Notes under the pieces: generated by a model
Database searches by the model: none
Seen by the model: the letters and a program-made list of their open reading frames with translations, nothing else
What the model was told of the DNA's origin: nothing
Program-made: the position numbers and the translations under genes
In this document: piece by piece, positions 14,101 through 27,150 of the stretch
How the letters are laid out: the number at the start of each line of letters is the position of its first letter
How positions within the stretch are numbered: position 1 is the first letter of the stretch
NCBI GenBank assembly: GCA_964247055.1
Contig: OZ176054.1
Coordinates: 10,664,001-10,728,000 of the forward strand
Source: Paragordius varius
Lineage: Eukaryota > Animalia > Nematomorpha
DNA length: 64,000 nt
Reading direction: 5' to 3'

Positions 14101-16753
14101 GCTCTCACCGGACCCGGAAAGTGGAACCGAAACCAGATTCCTAACATTTCAGCTGTAACGGGTTTTATTGGGGTAAAACCAAGCCGGTTCCGGTTTTATA
14201 TATTTGAATAATCACCCCTGTGCCATTTTCAATTCTAGGAATACGCCCAAATACGGATCCAACCTCCAGGGACCAGTTCGGTTCCGGTTCCCCATCCATA
14301 AGTGGTTGCCATGTGATTTCATATTTAAAAAATATATTTCATTTTCCAAATAATTATTTAGTGGTGGTATTTTTTCTAGTTTCCTATCAAAATGGATAGC
14401 ATTGATAATTTTATATTGTGTAAATATTATTTTTTGAAATATCATAGATGTAATTACTATGTTGTCAATTTTTACCTATGACACTTTAAAGAACCACATA
14501 CATAATTACTTTCTAAGATTTTTTTATCTCTATAAGAACATTTACCATAATAATTAATAATTCTGGTAAAAAACCATAAACGTTAGCGTATATAAACAAT
14601 TTCCATGATGAAAAAAAAGCCATTATACATGAGTGGTACCCAAGCCGAGGCCCACGGGCTGCATGAGACCCTTAAGATTTTTTGGCCACTTAAAAATATA
14701 AAACTTTATCATGTAAGGTTTTATTTGCGGTACATATTACGCATTATAAATATTTTCAGGTCTGAATAATCTGACGAACATGCTAGTAATAAGCATTTTT
14801 CAAAGTTAGATAAAAATTTCCTCCATAGATGCGATAATCAATCCTAATATCTACTTGTATTTTGGCTATTTAATTTTTCTAATAAATGTAATAATTTACG
14901 ATTATTGATATTTCGGGTTATATGCAACAAAAAATGTTGTATGAAAATCATTTAAAGAAAAGTCAGGAACCTAAACCAGTTTCAAATAAGAAATAACCCG
15001 ATTCTGGTTACGATTAGTCAGGGAACCACCCCGGTTTCACTTGTTTCAACGAGTTTGAGGCCCTATTTTTTACTATAAAATTTATTTTTTACATTTTTGT
15101 CTTTTGAAGCAGTTTTGAAGCCCTAGAGGTATTATAAATTTGAATATTTTAAATATTATTTTAGATATTGGGATATATTATAATATATCCATTTTCTAGC
15201 CTTTTTAGGCCTATGATTCAAAAAATGGAAAATTGCAAAAAATGATCTCATTGCCATTTTTTCCGTTTAATTATTTTCAATCGTTAATACAACAGACGAA
15301 AAAATGCATATGGTTCAAAATATGAATTAATTTTAAAGGACTTTAACAAATTTTTCATCTCAATAAATTTTGAATTTTTTATCCAAAAACGCAGCTTTAT
15401 ATTAAACGCATTTTGATCAAACGTTTCTTAAAGTAATTTAATTAATTTTATAAAAACGTAATATTTTTTTAATTAAAGTCAACATTTTTCAATTTAACGC
15501 AATTACTTCTCCTATTTATAAGATTTAATTACAATCGTATAATACATATATTGTTTGTGTTATCGATTTACATATTTATTTCTTACTTTATAGTTTAAAC
15601 AATGAGCTATCATTATAAAAATTATGAATTAAGTATGGTTGTCTTTTAGAAAAAAATATTTTCCTCCATGTTTTTCCGTTGTCCGTATGATATCAATTTT
15701 TAATCTAAAAATCTAGTTTTTGCTTAGGTTATTAAAAAAATTGTTAATATAATTTTAGAAATATATTTAATTCTATATTTAAGATTGGCTTTTAATTTAC
15801 CCAAAAAATTAAATATACAGATATACCCTGAGTATTTTGGAAAATCCTTGACCTTCCAAGCTATCCATAAAGAAAGCACCCGTTCCCATCAAGAGGGTGG
15901 CTTTCTCGACACCTGTAACCTCTTCAGCAGCATTTAGTATCCGATACACTAAAGTATCACTGTACACCTAATTAATTATCAATAAACTAGTCATTCTCGC
16001 CTTCGCGTTAAAAATTATAGTTATTTTGTCTATTAGAGAATAAAATAAACAGTGAATCCCCCTATAACGCACCCTATATAATAAAAATTTTTAAATTATT
16101 ACTACCTAAAAAACTAATAAGCCCGTGCTAATTATATTACACTTTTCGATGCTGGAACTACGTCCTACTTCTAAATTAAACAGCAAACCCCATTATGATA
16201 ATTATAAAAATTAATTTTAAAAGCTTAAATTACATTTTAGTACAAAAATTTTGATATTTCAGTGAATTTTTTTTGTGTTTGTATCTATCCTTACTTCGGA
16301 CTCTAGAAGTTCCAAAACTGTAATATTAATTTCATGCAATGCAGGACAATGTAATTAAATTTTTTAAAACCGTGGTTTATTTACAAGGTGCTATGGTATA
16401 GAGAACCTTTAAAGAAAACTTCTGCAAAGAGAGCTTATCTGGTCATATTTATTTTGAATCAAACGTTAATTTAGCCTTATTAAAATTTTAAAATTGATTG
16501 ACTAAATTATTTTAGTAAAAATTTTAATTTGCATTTTTTAAATACTAATTCAGTCTGTCCTAAAGCGCTAATAATTAACTATTGTTGAAGAACAATCAAA
16601 TGTTAGCTATAATCTTTTATAATATGTTTTTACCTTTTTATGAATATAGGATGTATAGGTTACCCCAATTTTAACATTAATTTGCTCCAATATATCTGAT
16701 CCGAATTTTGCTTTAAGATAATTGATGATGGAATCAAGTAGAACACCATACAT
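6516..16753 (-). CDS. Atypical soluble guanylyl cyclase (Gyc88E/Gyc89D-type; H-NOX, HNOBA, cyclase domains)
   Basis: Exons (minus): 16753-16664 (MYGVLLDSI), 16606-16580 (tentative), 15967-15827, 13989-13922 ([11 protein letters not shown]), 13817-13732 (RSPSF...YRSKR), 13658-13576, 13282-13125 (LFPFHVLFD), 13066-12946, 12068-11804, 11279-11174 (TIKGQM), 9464-9335 ([20 protein letters not shown]), 8991-8848, 8308-8162 ([10 protein letters not shown]), 7765-7609 (VETIGDAY), 7180-7071 (KMPRYCLFG), 6611-6516. Phases are consistent throughout; the terminal exon is unresolved. Confidence 0.92.
7228..7392. mobile_element. hAT (Charlie-type) MITE in sGC intron
   Basis: Ends CAGGGGTCCTCCAA / TTGGACATTCCTG; flanks gtctaaag / ttctaaag (7/8 TSD). 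Confidence 0.75.
9709..9942. repeat. Foldback (long inverted repeat) MITE-like element
   Basis: ~95-bp imperfect arms (cattgcaatcatgtatcctttattttatcaaaa...aaacaagagctctatgg and its reverse complement) around a short spacer. Confidence 0.8.
10215..10951. mobile_element. Remnant of the non-autonomous hAT family seen intact at 37885-39725
   Basis: Right end tatctggtcacacta; internal GCACCATGAAAATCCTGATA motif in both orientations (~10260, ~10817). Confidence 0.6.
12323..12879. mobile_element. hAT MITE with perfect TSD
   Basis: TIRs TAGGGTTGTGC / GCACAAACCTA; perfect 8-bp TSD ttaatatc; clustered ggtca/tgacc subterminal motifs at both ends. Confidence 0.9.
14096..15065. mobile_element. hAT-like non-autonomous element
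   Basis: Ends TAGGGGCTCTCAC / GTTTGAGGCCCTA; flanks ttttttat / ttttttac; gaacc/ccgg-rich subtermini. Confidence 0.65.
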
Positions 16754-17380
16754 AGAATACCTCACCAGATTATAATACGCTAACTTAAAACAAAAATTAA
16801 AAGATTTTTTTAGAATATTTTTTAGTTGCTATAACTCTACTTGTGCTGTTTACATATTTTTAATGGCTCATAAATATATATGAATTTTTTACTATGATAA
16901 TTTAAATTTAAACATTGTTACTTGTGTTGAAATTAATTAATATTTATAAAAATACTACTATATAAAGTAGTTTTAATGTAATTATCCCATCTTTACAAAA
17001 ATACTTTGTTTCCAAGGTCTTCTCACAACATGTCAAATTCGATTAGCATATAAAATGCTTAGAGGTGCCGCATTTAGATATAAAAATTTATATCTTTTTT
17101 TATTATATGAAAAAAAAATTAATGGAAAATAAATATATATGCAAATATTAATGAGATATTAGACGGTTAGTCTATTTTTTATACGCCTTTCAAAAGCAAT
17201 AGTTTTGCCATATTTATGTACAGGCTTTAGCAAGAGGTTTTAAAACATGGACATCTTTCAATCTGAGAATGTGAGATATGTACTGTGGCATAACCTAGGT
17301 ATAAATGAAAATGCGTAAGTATTTTCTAATTTTGGGATTAGTTATAAGATAAGTTTATGTAAAGAAAAAATTGGAATCGT

Positions 17381-17645
17381 AGCATATTTTTACAGAACCA
17401 TATAATTATAAGTATTGAATAAATTTATTAGATACAAAAAAATTCATGTACTATGTATACATAAAGCGTAATTATTTAAAAGAAGTCCCTCCGTTTTTTG
17501 GTATAAAATCTGTGTATTGGAATTATAGCATCTTTCTACGGAAACATATAATTATAAGTATTTAAATTTATTAGATATTTAAAAATTTATGTACTGTGTA
17601 GACATAAAGCGCAATTATTTAAAAGAATCTCCGTTTTTTTGTTAA
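17381..17645 (+). repeat. Two-copy ~145-bp tandem duplication
   Basis: agcat...catataattataagtatt...tgtact.tgta.acataaagcg.aattattt.aaagaa..ctccgtttttt occurs at 17381 and 17527. Confidence 0.85.
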
Positions 17646-17834
17646 TACTGATGTAAAATTAAAAAAGAAATATTTGTTGGTTATAATAAATACATGTTTT
17701 AACTAAGAGATCACGTGAGCGAAAAACGAAAATAATTAATTTGATTTAGAAAACAAATCCCATCTGATTTACATTAAAAACACTCACAATTACAATTTCC
17801 CGAAAGGTAGCGTTTTATATTTATCATTCAGTAA

Positions 17835-18265
17835 TCATGCCAAGTACGCGTTGCCATTAAAAAATAAGGCTGTTGAAAGCCATTGTTTGCTGTAGTAGAA
17901 GCATATGAGGAACATGTTATATCGATACTATATGCAAAACATGACAACTACATTTTAAAAAGATTGATTCTTGTGGAATAGGCTCTGGTATAGCAGGCCC
18001 AACTGTGAAGGGGCTAAAGTGCAAGAAGTGTTGGATGATGACCCACCTCTCAAACTTAACAATTGCAGAAGCTCATATATCCCCCAAAAAGTTAACAGTC
18101 TCTGCATCAATGAAGCATGCATAGCAGCACTTTTAGAAAAAATGGTTTGACGAATAGTTTGCCGCAAATGACAATCAGTTTTTTACATCGCGGCATTTAT
18201 ATAACACCAGAGAGATGGGATTAATGTGTGTAGAGGAAGCCGGTGAACAATATTTTGCATATATT
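17835..18265 (+). mobile_element. Internally deleted Mos1-like mariner remnant
   Basis: N-terminal AVESHCLL / VEAYEEH / EVLDDDP joined to C-terminal ISP..SASMKHA / KKWFDE*FAANDNQFF / PERW; central DDD region missing. Confidence 0.7.
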
Positions 18266-18849
18266 AAATAATTGATTTTTTAAAATGCATGTTAATTATC
18301 TAAAAATTGGTAAAAACCTATAAATATGGCATAATTGGAAGACGTCAAATGTTATATTTTTATGTATTTTTTTGTTAAAATTTTATTTTCTTAGAGTATA
18401 ATAATATCTTTCCATGGATCCATCTCCACATAAATTAATTAATTTGTGAAATGAATGTAAAAAACCTGCACTCTCACTATCATGTTTATAATTTGCTTCC
18501 AAATCAAATTGGTAATTATAAAAAAAGAGCTATAAATGATAGCGTTTTTATTTTTAATCGAAAAAATCATTACGTTTGAAACATATTTTTTAGAACTTGT
18601 GATATAAAAGTGTATCAATATCATAAATTTTAAAGGTTTACTCAGGAATTAACGCCATTTGCCTAAATATTTGTGCGGTTGTTTAAATTTAAACCGTTAG
18701 TAGTTACATGCACAGTGATGTCCTAATAACCTCATCTAATATAAGATATTATAAATGCATATAATTTTAAAGCACATTTAACATTGATTTCAAAAATTAT
18801 GATTTTTCACCGATCATGTATTAAAAAAGAAATCAAAACTCCCTTAGAC

Positions 18850-19090
18850 CCAAAGAGGTTCCAATAAAGTCAATATTAATTTCATTGCATTGCATTAGAA
18901 ATCACCCTGGTAAACATCGGATTGTTAGAGTCGATGTAAACACCGATTATAAATTAATTCATAATTTGATTTATTTATATTTTGCATCACAAAACGCAAT
19001 TCGTCACATTTCTTCGGACTTTTATGATGGCGTCACTATGTACTACAAGATTCTTCATATGCTTTTCAATGTTGTAACATGAGATGTTAT
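18850..19090 (-). mobile_element. Possible LTR-retrotransposon integrase relic
   Basis: VRRNVTNCVL*CK (H2C2 zinc-finger-like) followed by NIDFIG (xDFxG); heavily decayed. Confidence 0.35.
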
Positions 19091-19662
19091 ACAAAATGAA
19101 GTTATTGTAAATTAAATAGGATATCGGATTTGACCGTGACACAATAGTTATATTGATCTGATTAGCGGATTGATTAACTGTAAACTACATGAAATAAGTA
19201 TAAAAGAATATGCAAAACTCTTAATAAAATGATATGTATTGTTGTCTATTTTTAGTATTATATTATATAGTGTTACTGTCATAGAATCTTATTATTAAAA
19301 GGTACCGAAAATATCTATTTATGAGGTATACCCAAAACTGAGTATTAATATTTTCATAAGCATATTACATTTTGACTTTTTTCGTAACCTATAATTTGTA
19401 CGAAATAAGAGATTTTTAACGATTACATCTATCATATATTATCAAAAAACAAGGGTAATATATTTATTTTTTACATTTTGAAAATAATTAATTTTTTACC
19501 TTTTCTTCATAAAGTATTGATATGGTTTCAAATGTGCGATTAAACATGTGATGTACGATTATATTACATCGCCCGACATACACTTCGATATTGTATATAA
19601 TTACCTAATATTTAAAAATTTATAATAATTCATGATATTATAAAAAAGTATACTCTCTAATC

Positions 19663-20979
19663 CAGGGGTAGCCAACCTTTTTTTTCAAGCGGTCTACTTT
19701 TTTGGAAAAAATTTCACGCGGTCACGTATGAATATTAAGTATTAAAAATTCATTTATCACTTTAACACAAATCATATATCCATCTATTTAACGATTGGGG
19801 TGATTAGCACAGGCCATTTTAAAATATATAATACAAAGAATATTTCTTTGCGTGGTTATTTTAATATAGAATCTTAATTTTATTGAATATATGATGATTC
19901 GGAAGGACCTTTAGTTGCCATAATTAGTACGAATACTAAAATGATTACATTATTCAATTCATTAATAATAATCACGACATATTTTAGATAATTGAAGTAA
20001 AATATGGATTTGAGGCTCTTGGCAAAGATCTTTTTATTTACCATATTTTATGGATTACTGCATATCAGGTTTTAAATGGACATATGCCTCGAGATAGAAA
20101 ATTTTATCAAATCGAAAAGAGTGTCGCCGCGCAGTTTTGAGTGTAAAAAGGAATTGGTCTTGACATACTAAACTATTTAATACAGATTTAAGATGATGTT
20201 TTGGTGCATTTATGGTAAGATTTGGATTTTTACTATAAATATAAATATTTTATAGAAGGAAGATTTTTTATATCCAAGATCTAAAATCGCTTCTAGATCT
20301 TGCTTTATGAAATATCTCAATTGCACACTCCAAATCAATCAAAAAACAGTGATTTAAAACATTTTTCTGATTTGACGTAACCCGAAATGCTGAAAAATAT
20401 CGTAGATATTGCGCTTGTGTTAATTATTATGAGTAAGGATTTTTATCAATATATAACTCGAATATTCCAGGTTTAAATCCTTTTGACATTTAGTTGAATA
20501 TAAAACTAATATACTCTACCATTTTCTAAATTGCAATTTGCAAGATTTGGATGTCGAATAAATAATCTGGGATTTTCAACAATTGGAATTTGGTTATTCT
20601 CCTTATGACATACTTAAACGAAATTGATGTTTATTTAAAAAATGAAGATTAATGCCATAATTCAGAAAGTTTTTTTAAATAGGATTCATATGAAGTCCGG
20701 GCAATTCTCATGCATGATTCCCAGTATTTATCAGTCACTAGTGATCTCTATTTAGTTTTAATGATTTTCATATAAGAAAAAGCCGATTTAAATGAATTGA
20801 AAAGTGTAATAATTTTCCAAATATGTGGGTATTTATCTTTATTATATCACAGATTTTCAATGAATTATAATTTTGTATAAATAAAATCTAAAATATTTCT
20901 TACATTTTTTAAACAATTCAGGCGTTTTGAAATCTAGCGGGCATGAAGTTGACCGCGGTAAACCGTTTATCCACCCCTG
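19663..20979 (+). mobile_element. Decayed hAT (Charlie/SPIN-group) element
   Basis: Ends CAGGGGTAGCCAAC / GTTTATCCACCCCTG; degenerate TSD ctctaatc / ttttgatc; transposase-like scraps (SLFSF..IRKSRF). Confidence 0.65.
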
Positions 20980-21556
20980 TTTTGATCCATACCGAAACTA
21001 GTCAGTGTTCAACCAGAAATTTTTTATTTAATATGATTGAGATTTAAAATAATGTGACATTGCTAATGTCTTAATTCTGGTGAAAACAACACCTAGTATT
21101 TTTTACCAAAAATTTAATTAATCTATTTAGAGTTTATGTTATATGCCTATAGAAAGTAGCTAAAACCAAATGCAAGGAACAGCTGATTATAAGTACTGTA
21201 TTCTATCGGTTTTTAACTAAACTCTTTGGTATTTATAATTAAAAAATCCTACTTAATTATGGAGCTGTTTTCGATATGGATTCGCGTCTAAGACTATTTT
21301 TTATCACATTTGAAAATTATTCGAAATATTAATAAAAATTATATTCTACAATCATCAAAAATAATATTGTTCGAGTCATAACCTCATTTTTTAAGAATTA
21401 TATATCTTCCATGATTATCGTATATGTTTAACTAACTTTATTTAGTCAAATTATGATTAAAACAATAAAATTAGTTTGATTCCGTTTAATTACGATTGAT
21501 AAAATCCCCTTAAGTTTTTTTGGTTATATCTATGTTATTATATTTACTTAAATACT

Positions 21557-23360
21557 TGGTGCACTTCATAAATTTCCAAAGTTGCATAACCAAAAAAATG
21601 TATTTCTCTTTCAATGATGTGATCTGGGAACAATCTGATTATTTGAGTTTTATTGTCAGGCAATAAATAGGTATGGAAGTCGGCGATCAAATCGAACGTT
21701 ATATGCGATGAATGGTTGTAAAGCCCATTTTGAATATTGTTAAAATAACATCTTGACAAAATACAACATGCATTAAAATCCATATTTTTTTTAGTTTTTG
21801 AGGTGTTAGTATTTTGCCCTAAAGTGATACTATTTTCTGTTCATTTTTTCGCTACAGCATTTTTTAATATCTTAACGATTATTTTAAAAACTAAATTTTT
21901 TCCTATGTATTTGATATCAGTATAATCATTTCTACAAAACTAATTGGATATTTATATATCACGTTTTTCATTATTAGATGTCCCAAATTAATAAATTTAA
22001 AATAATCATATTTGGCCAATTTTATACCCTGTGCATAAAATCAAGGATTAAAAAATGTTCTGATGAAGTTTATATATATTTTGAGAAATAAATGTGGATT
22101 TTTATGGTGCTTAAGACTTTAGAATGAAAAATAGTTACACTTGTAATTGCTCTATAATAAAACAATTTTTCTGCCATTTTCTTAAAAATATTTTTTTGGT
22201 GAGATAAATGCTTTATTCTAAATTAGGTTTTTAATGGTTTTTGAATTTGTATTATTTTTTAAAAAAATCTATCGCCTTCGCATTTTACCCATTTCTCAAG
22301 GATTCTAGGAATGTCATGGCGAAAAAAACAAATTTGGCTTTGCGGAAAACCATTCCTAAAGCTATTTCCCAACGTTTTCTAAATTAATTAAAGGCTGCTC
22401 TGCGGGCGTGTGCCCCAATGATGCGAAGAGATAATAGTCAGATGGCTCAAGGTGGGTTGGAAACGGAAAAAGATCTAAAGATATTTTATAAACATATTTT
22501 ATATAAGGATGCTAAATTTCCCACCTCAGAATTTCATAAAAAGTTAATTTCGTTATTAAATATAAGTGAAATAATTGTGATTTTTACAAAAAGTTTACTT
22601 TTTGAAGCATAACGCACCTTTATGAGATATAAATATCATAATTATATAAGAAAAGCGTATATAATATACTAAAGTGTTTTACAACCGTTTTATCCATGCT
22701 TCAAAATACCATATATTACCGTCCAACAAATTTTGCTAAAAATGTAATAAAAAGCATTTTTCATTAATTTTTTGTATGTTAAATCTAGCATATAATATCC
22801 AGAAATCTCGCCATTTTTCAGTTTTTTCAGAACATTTTAATCAGACCCAAAAATCCAAACACTCAAAGCTACCCAAAAATTAAATTTTTTAAAAAAAATT
22901 GGTCTTCAAATATGTATACAAAATGATATTTGGAAAAAAGAATTTTTCACCAAATAAAATTTATTTAACATTACGTCTGTTAAAATAATATAAAAAAAGC
23001 ATCAAGTGGGGGGTGAAAAGGAAAACTCAATAGGACTAATTTTTCACTACAACTGGGGGGAACAGAAATACTCGTCTAGAACCACATAACTTACCTTTAA
23101 GCAAACATTTCCGTAAATGGCATCTTTACAACGGCCATTACCAATAGAATTGCAATGGCAAAAAATGCAACAATCAAACCCAAATCCAATTTGCGAAATT
23201 CCCGATTCCATTAAAAAAACATTTAATAAAACCGATTGTTTTTCCAGTAATTCACTAATGATCCTCCCTCACAAAAACTGATTGCAACAAAATATAAGAA
23301 TTTGTATAGGTATAGGCTCGATATACAACCTGCGTCCAAAATCGTGGGGTATAATAACCC

Positions 23361-23407
<47 letters not shown>

Positions 23408-24497
23408 TTATAGAAAGTTAATCAGTATTATCAAGGTGCTTTTGGTTTTAACCCTTACGAGTAATATAAGAAAGTTATATACACTTTTGGCATGTCCTCC
23501 ATATCATAAAATGGCAAGATTTGCGCAGAGAAGAGTAGTTTATAGCCTAAAAATTTGGTTCGAAGCCCACCTCAAAAAATCAAAATTTTTGAAAATATTG
23601 TTTGCTTTTTATATGTATTTATGGTATATTTTAGTGTTATTTTTTACAGTGAAGCCATTAGCTTTCACCAAAAAAATGATTTAAAAAATTGTGCGCAAAT
23701 TTTGTCATTTTTTATATGCAGGAATTACCACAAAAGTGCAAATACTGAAATCATTCGTTAGGGGCCAAAATAGGCACCATGATAATCCTGATAAATTTTC
23801 CCATCAGCATATATATATTTCATCAGGTTATTTTTTGTGGACATTGTGTAATGGGACATAAGATAAAAATGATAAAATACTAGATTATATAAAGCATAAA
23901 CAGAGCCTAATTCAAAAAATTAATTATCTGAATAGATTGGCCATTTCGGAGCTGATAGGAAAGAAAAAACGACCATAGACCCAGTAGAAGGGGCTAGAAA
24001 AACGCAGAAGATCCATGATACAATATTTAAATCAGATTAATCAAAATACAGCACATTTAATCGATCAAGTCGCTATGTATAACAATTGCCACAAAAATAT
24101 ACCTTAATCACTTGTTAGCATAACCAAAAGCACCATGAAAATTCTGATACATTCATCTATCAGAATATATATACTTCATCAGGATATTTTTACTCATGCA
24201 TTAATCTGTGTGATTTTTTAACAAAACGATTTTCATCTAATAGTTTCATGAGTTTTAACTGGGACAAAAACCCCTAAAAATTAGGTGGGGATCGCATATT
24301 TAATTAAACAAAAAAATCAATATTTAATATTATAAGTAAGTACTTATAAGAATAAATGTCATTGACTGTATTCGGTTGTATGACATAATATATACCCTTG
24401 GCTGTTAAAGAGTGACAAAGGGAAACAGGATTTAAATAAAGTAATTTACGTCCGTAGGTGTAACGAATTGGCCAATTTCCCACATTTGCTACGTCTA
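21557..24497 (-). CDS. Candidate exons of an uncharacterised extracellular protein (EGF-like and CUB-like motifs), possibly the 3' part of the gene starting at 29944
   Basis: GT-AG-bounded open segments ~24497-24345, ~23250-23095 (CIFCHCNSIGNGRCKDAIYGNVCLK), ~22379-22289 and ~21749-21557 (TYLLPDNKTQIIRLFPDHIIE..YATLEIYE). Phases are not fully reconciled. Confidence 0.45.
23420..24200. repeat. Cluster of the GCACCATGA(A/T)AAT(C/T)CTGATA hAT-internal repeat
   Basis: Motif inverted at ~23430 and direct at ~23775 and ~24130; also at ~4550, 10260, 10817 and 38030. Confidence 0.65.
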
Positions 24498-25103
24498 AAA
24501 ACAGATTAAGAATATATAACATATCTAAAGGCTGGTAGAATCAAAATAAATTACTTCTTTGTTTCCTAAACCAATATCCGTCTATCGGTAGATGAAAGAA
24601 AGACCCACTAGTTTTATTTTTTAATATTTTATGGTTCTAGCATTAATAACTTCTGTCGTTAATAAGAACTCGGAGTTGTGTAAAACCTGATTTTATATTG
24701 AACCGTAAAATTAATTTAGGATCATTAATTAATTTGAAATCAATGACTAAACATTATAAATGACAGATTTTTCCGAGAGGATTCTTAATACTCGATCTAA
24801 ATATAAGCTTGACACTATTCCTATTAAGCTCATTTCTTTTTGGTTTTAGTTAATTTTATATTTTTATAGGGGTTTTAACCAAAAACGGCGCCACATGGAA
24901 CTTTAACCCGTTACCGAGATTTCAAACCGGCTCCTTTGTTCAACCAGATTCTGTTTTCCCTTCCCTAGGAACTCTCATGTGTCTCAATATTAAAATTTTG
25001 GAAACCATATGAGTGGTGGATTCCATATTATATACCCTTGTAAATTTTGGGTATTTATCTTACGAATTCTACTTTGATTTAATGCTGTTGATTATAATAT
25101 TAA

Positions 25104-26808
25104 CTAGATGGCCCTGTCACGCTTCGCTGTGACATAGTCTCATCGATAATTATTCTTATTTTGCAATAAATAGATGTAATGGAGATAAAAAAATAATAAA
25201 AAACATATTTAATAAAAAGAATGTTTTTAATTTATTTTTTATGGGTTTTTGCATAGGCTCCAATATTGTTTACTCAAAATTGACAATATTTAAACACTCT
25301 CTTATTAAAATTAATATTCAACTATCATTGGATATATATTTTAAGATTTTCGTTTTAAAATTAAGTTCACAAAGCTTGGATCAAGGGATATAAAAAGTGA
25401 ATCATTTGTGGTCCCTTTTTAAAGGAAAGAATGATCTTATACAAATTCCACAGAAATGTGTTTAACTGAACTCGTATAGCTTCTTAAGTTTTTTGAAAAT
25501 TAGCTATTTTAAACCGGTAGACCACTACCCATACACCTGTAGGGAAAAAGCGCTGAGTTAAATTTTTTGCCTTTATAGGGCAAATATTTGGAATCATCTT
25601 TAATACCATCGTCTCATGGGTTATTCGAAAAATACCTCATCATTAAATAATCGTTATATGATGGCGTATTTTTAGGGCATTGCCCCAAATTACCGTCTAA
25701 TAAAAAACGCCTGACCTTAATTTTGACCTATGGGTGATATTTCAAGCTTTTAATAAGCTCATAATACTTCATAAATTTTCTGTAAAGTAGCTCCAAAATA
25801 AAGCCATTTTTATATACAATTTTTGGCGTGTAGGTCCTTACCAGGAACAGCTTTAAAAAAAGCGTTGAGCCATATTTTTGCCCTTATGGGGAATATCTGA
25901 TCTAGAGTTCCATATTTTCCTATTAGTTTCTGAAATTTGGCTCTAAAGGCATGCTGTATCGATATGGTGACGCAGTTTTACGCGGATAGCCCCCTAACCA
26001 GGGGCGAAACAAAAAAACACTCGAATAAATTTGCCTTAATTTGGGTAATACCTGGAATCATGATTGATTCCATATGCTCTCGTGGGATTTTCGAAATGCT
26101 TCAAAACCAAAACGTATTCTATGGTGGCGCAATTTAGGGGCAAGGCCTATTTAACGGCTAATTCAAAAAATCCGCTCGACTAAAATTTTTAACTTTTTAC
26201 GGGTAATACTTTAAGCAGCTATTGAAATCATATGGCCTGATATATTTTCTGAAATTTAGCCCCAAAGGCACGCTATTTCGATATGACGGGGCAGTTTTTA
26301 GCGGGTATCTCCTAACCCAGCAGACAATATAAAAAAACGCTCCACCCAAATTTTTGCCTTTTAACAGGGAATATCTGAAATCCTTATCGAATTTTTACAG
26401 TCTCATACCTTGGGCGAAAAATAGATTCAAAGAATTGTTTTTGTGGATTTAATTTTTTTGAAAAAATGGCATTTTACGGGGAGAGCGGGTAAAAAGAAGA
26501 GCAAAATTAAAAAAGCGAGCCGACTATGTTAGGCGCAATAGTAAATTAGTAAACAAAGGTTAATTAGAAATCGAATGGTCCAACATGTTTTCCAAAAAAT
26601 TGTCTCAAAGACACGATTTTTGTGGACTTAAAGAAGCCCGTTTTTTACACGGGATGGGACCGAACTGGGGGCCTATTTCCAAAAAAGGGCGAAGCTATTA
26701 TCGGGGCATTAATAATCATATTTTTCGACATTTGGATTTGAACGGATCTACCGGTTTTCCGGAAGCAGATCACAAAGCTACCATTTTTCATTTTTATAAA
26801 TATAAAGA
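25104..26808 (-). mobile_element. Non-autonomous Helitron, copy A
   Basis: 5' A|TC at 26808; 3' hairpin GTCAC-agcgaagc-GTGAC then CTAG|T at 25104; collinear with 52988-54681. Confidence 0.9.
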
Positions 26809-27150
26809 TTATATAATTTCGGAGGCAAAATAAAAACATTTCCAAGTGTAAAAACAGCTTCTGTACGTTATTTTAAGCAATAAACCCGGATCAAGTTTTA
26901 CTTAAGCCATTGATATGGTTGTTTATTTTATGGTTCAATTTTTAAATTATGCCTGTCCCGATTCCAAAATATTCCATTTTTTCGACTGGTTTGAAGCCAT
27001 AGTTTAGGTCAATCTTTAATCTAAAACTTCTTTATGAGTATAATAACGCTTTTTTAAACCTATAATCATTTATACATTTGTGTAATTTATGAAAAATGAT
27101 CAAATTTTAATAAATAAATTCAAAGTTTTGAGTTTGGTTAACTAAAATAC

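Noticed and set aside
14075-14220. Small CAGG...CCTG inverted pair overlapping the 14096 element
   Set aside because: No matching target-site duplication; probably chance or an older fragment.
25937-26845. Short ORFs in the repeat (also 52992-53183) as captured genes
   Set aside because: They lie in Helitron non-coding sequence and are not conserved between copies.
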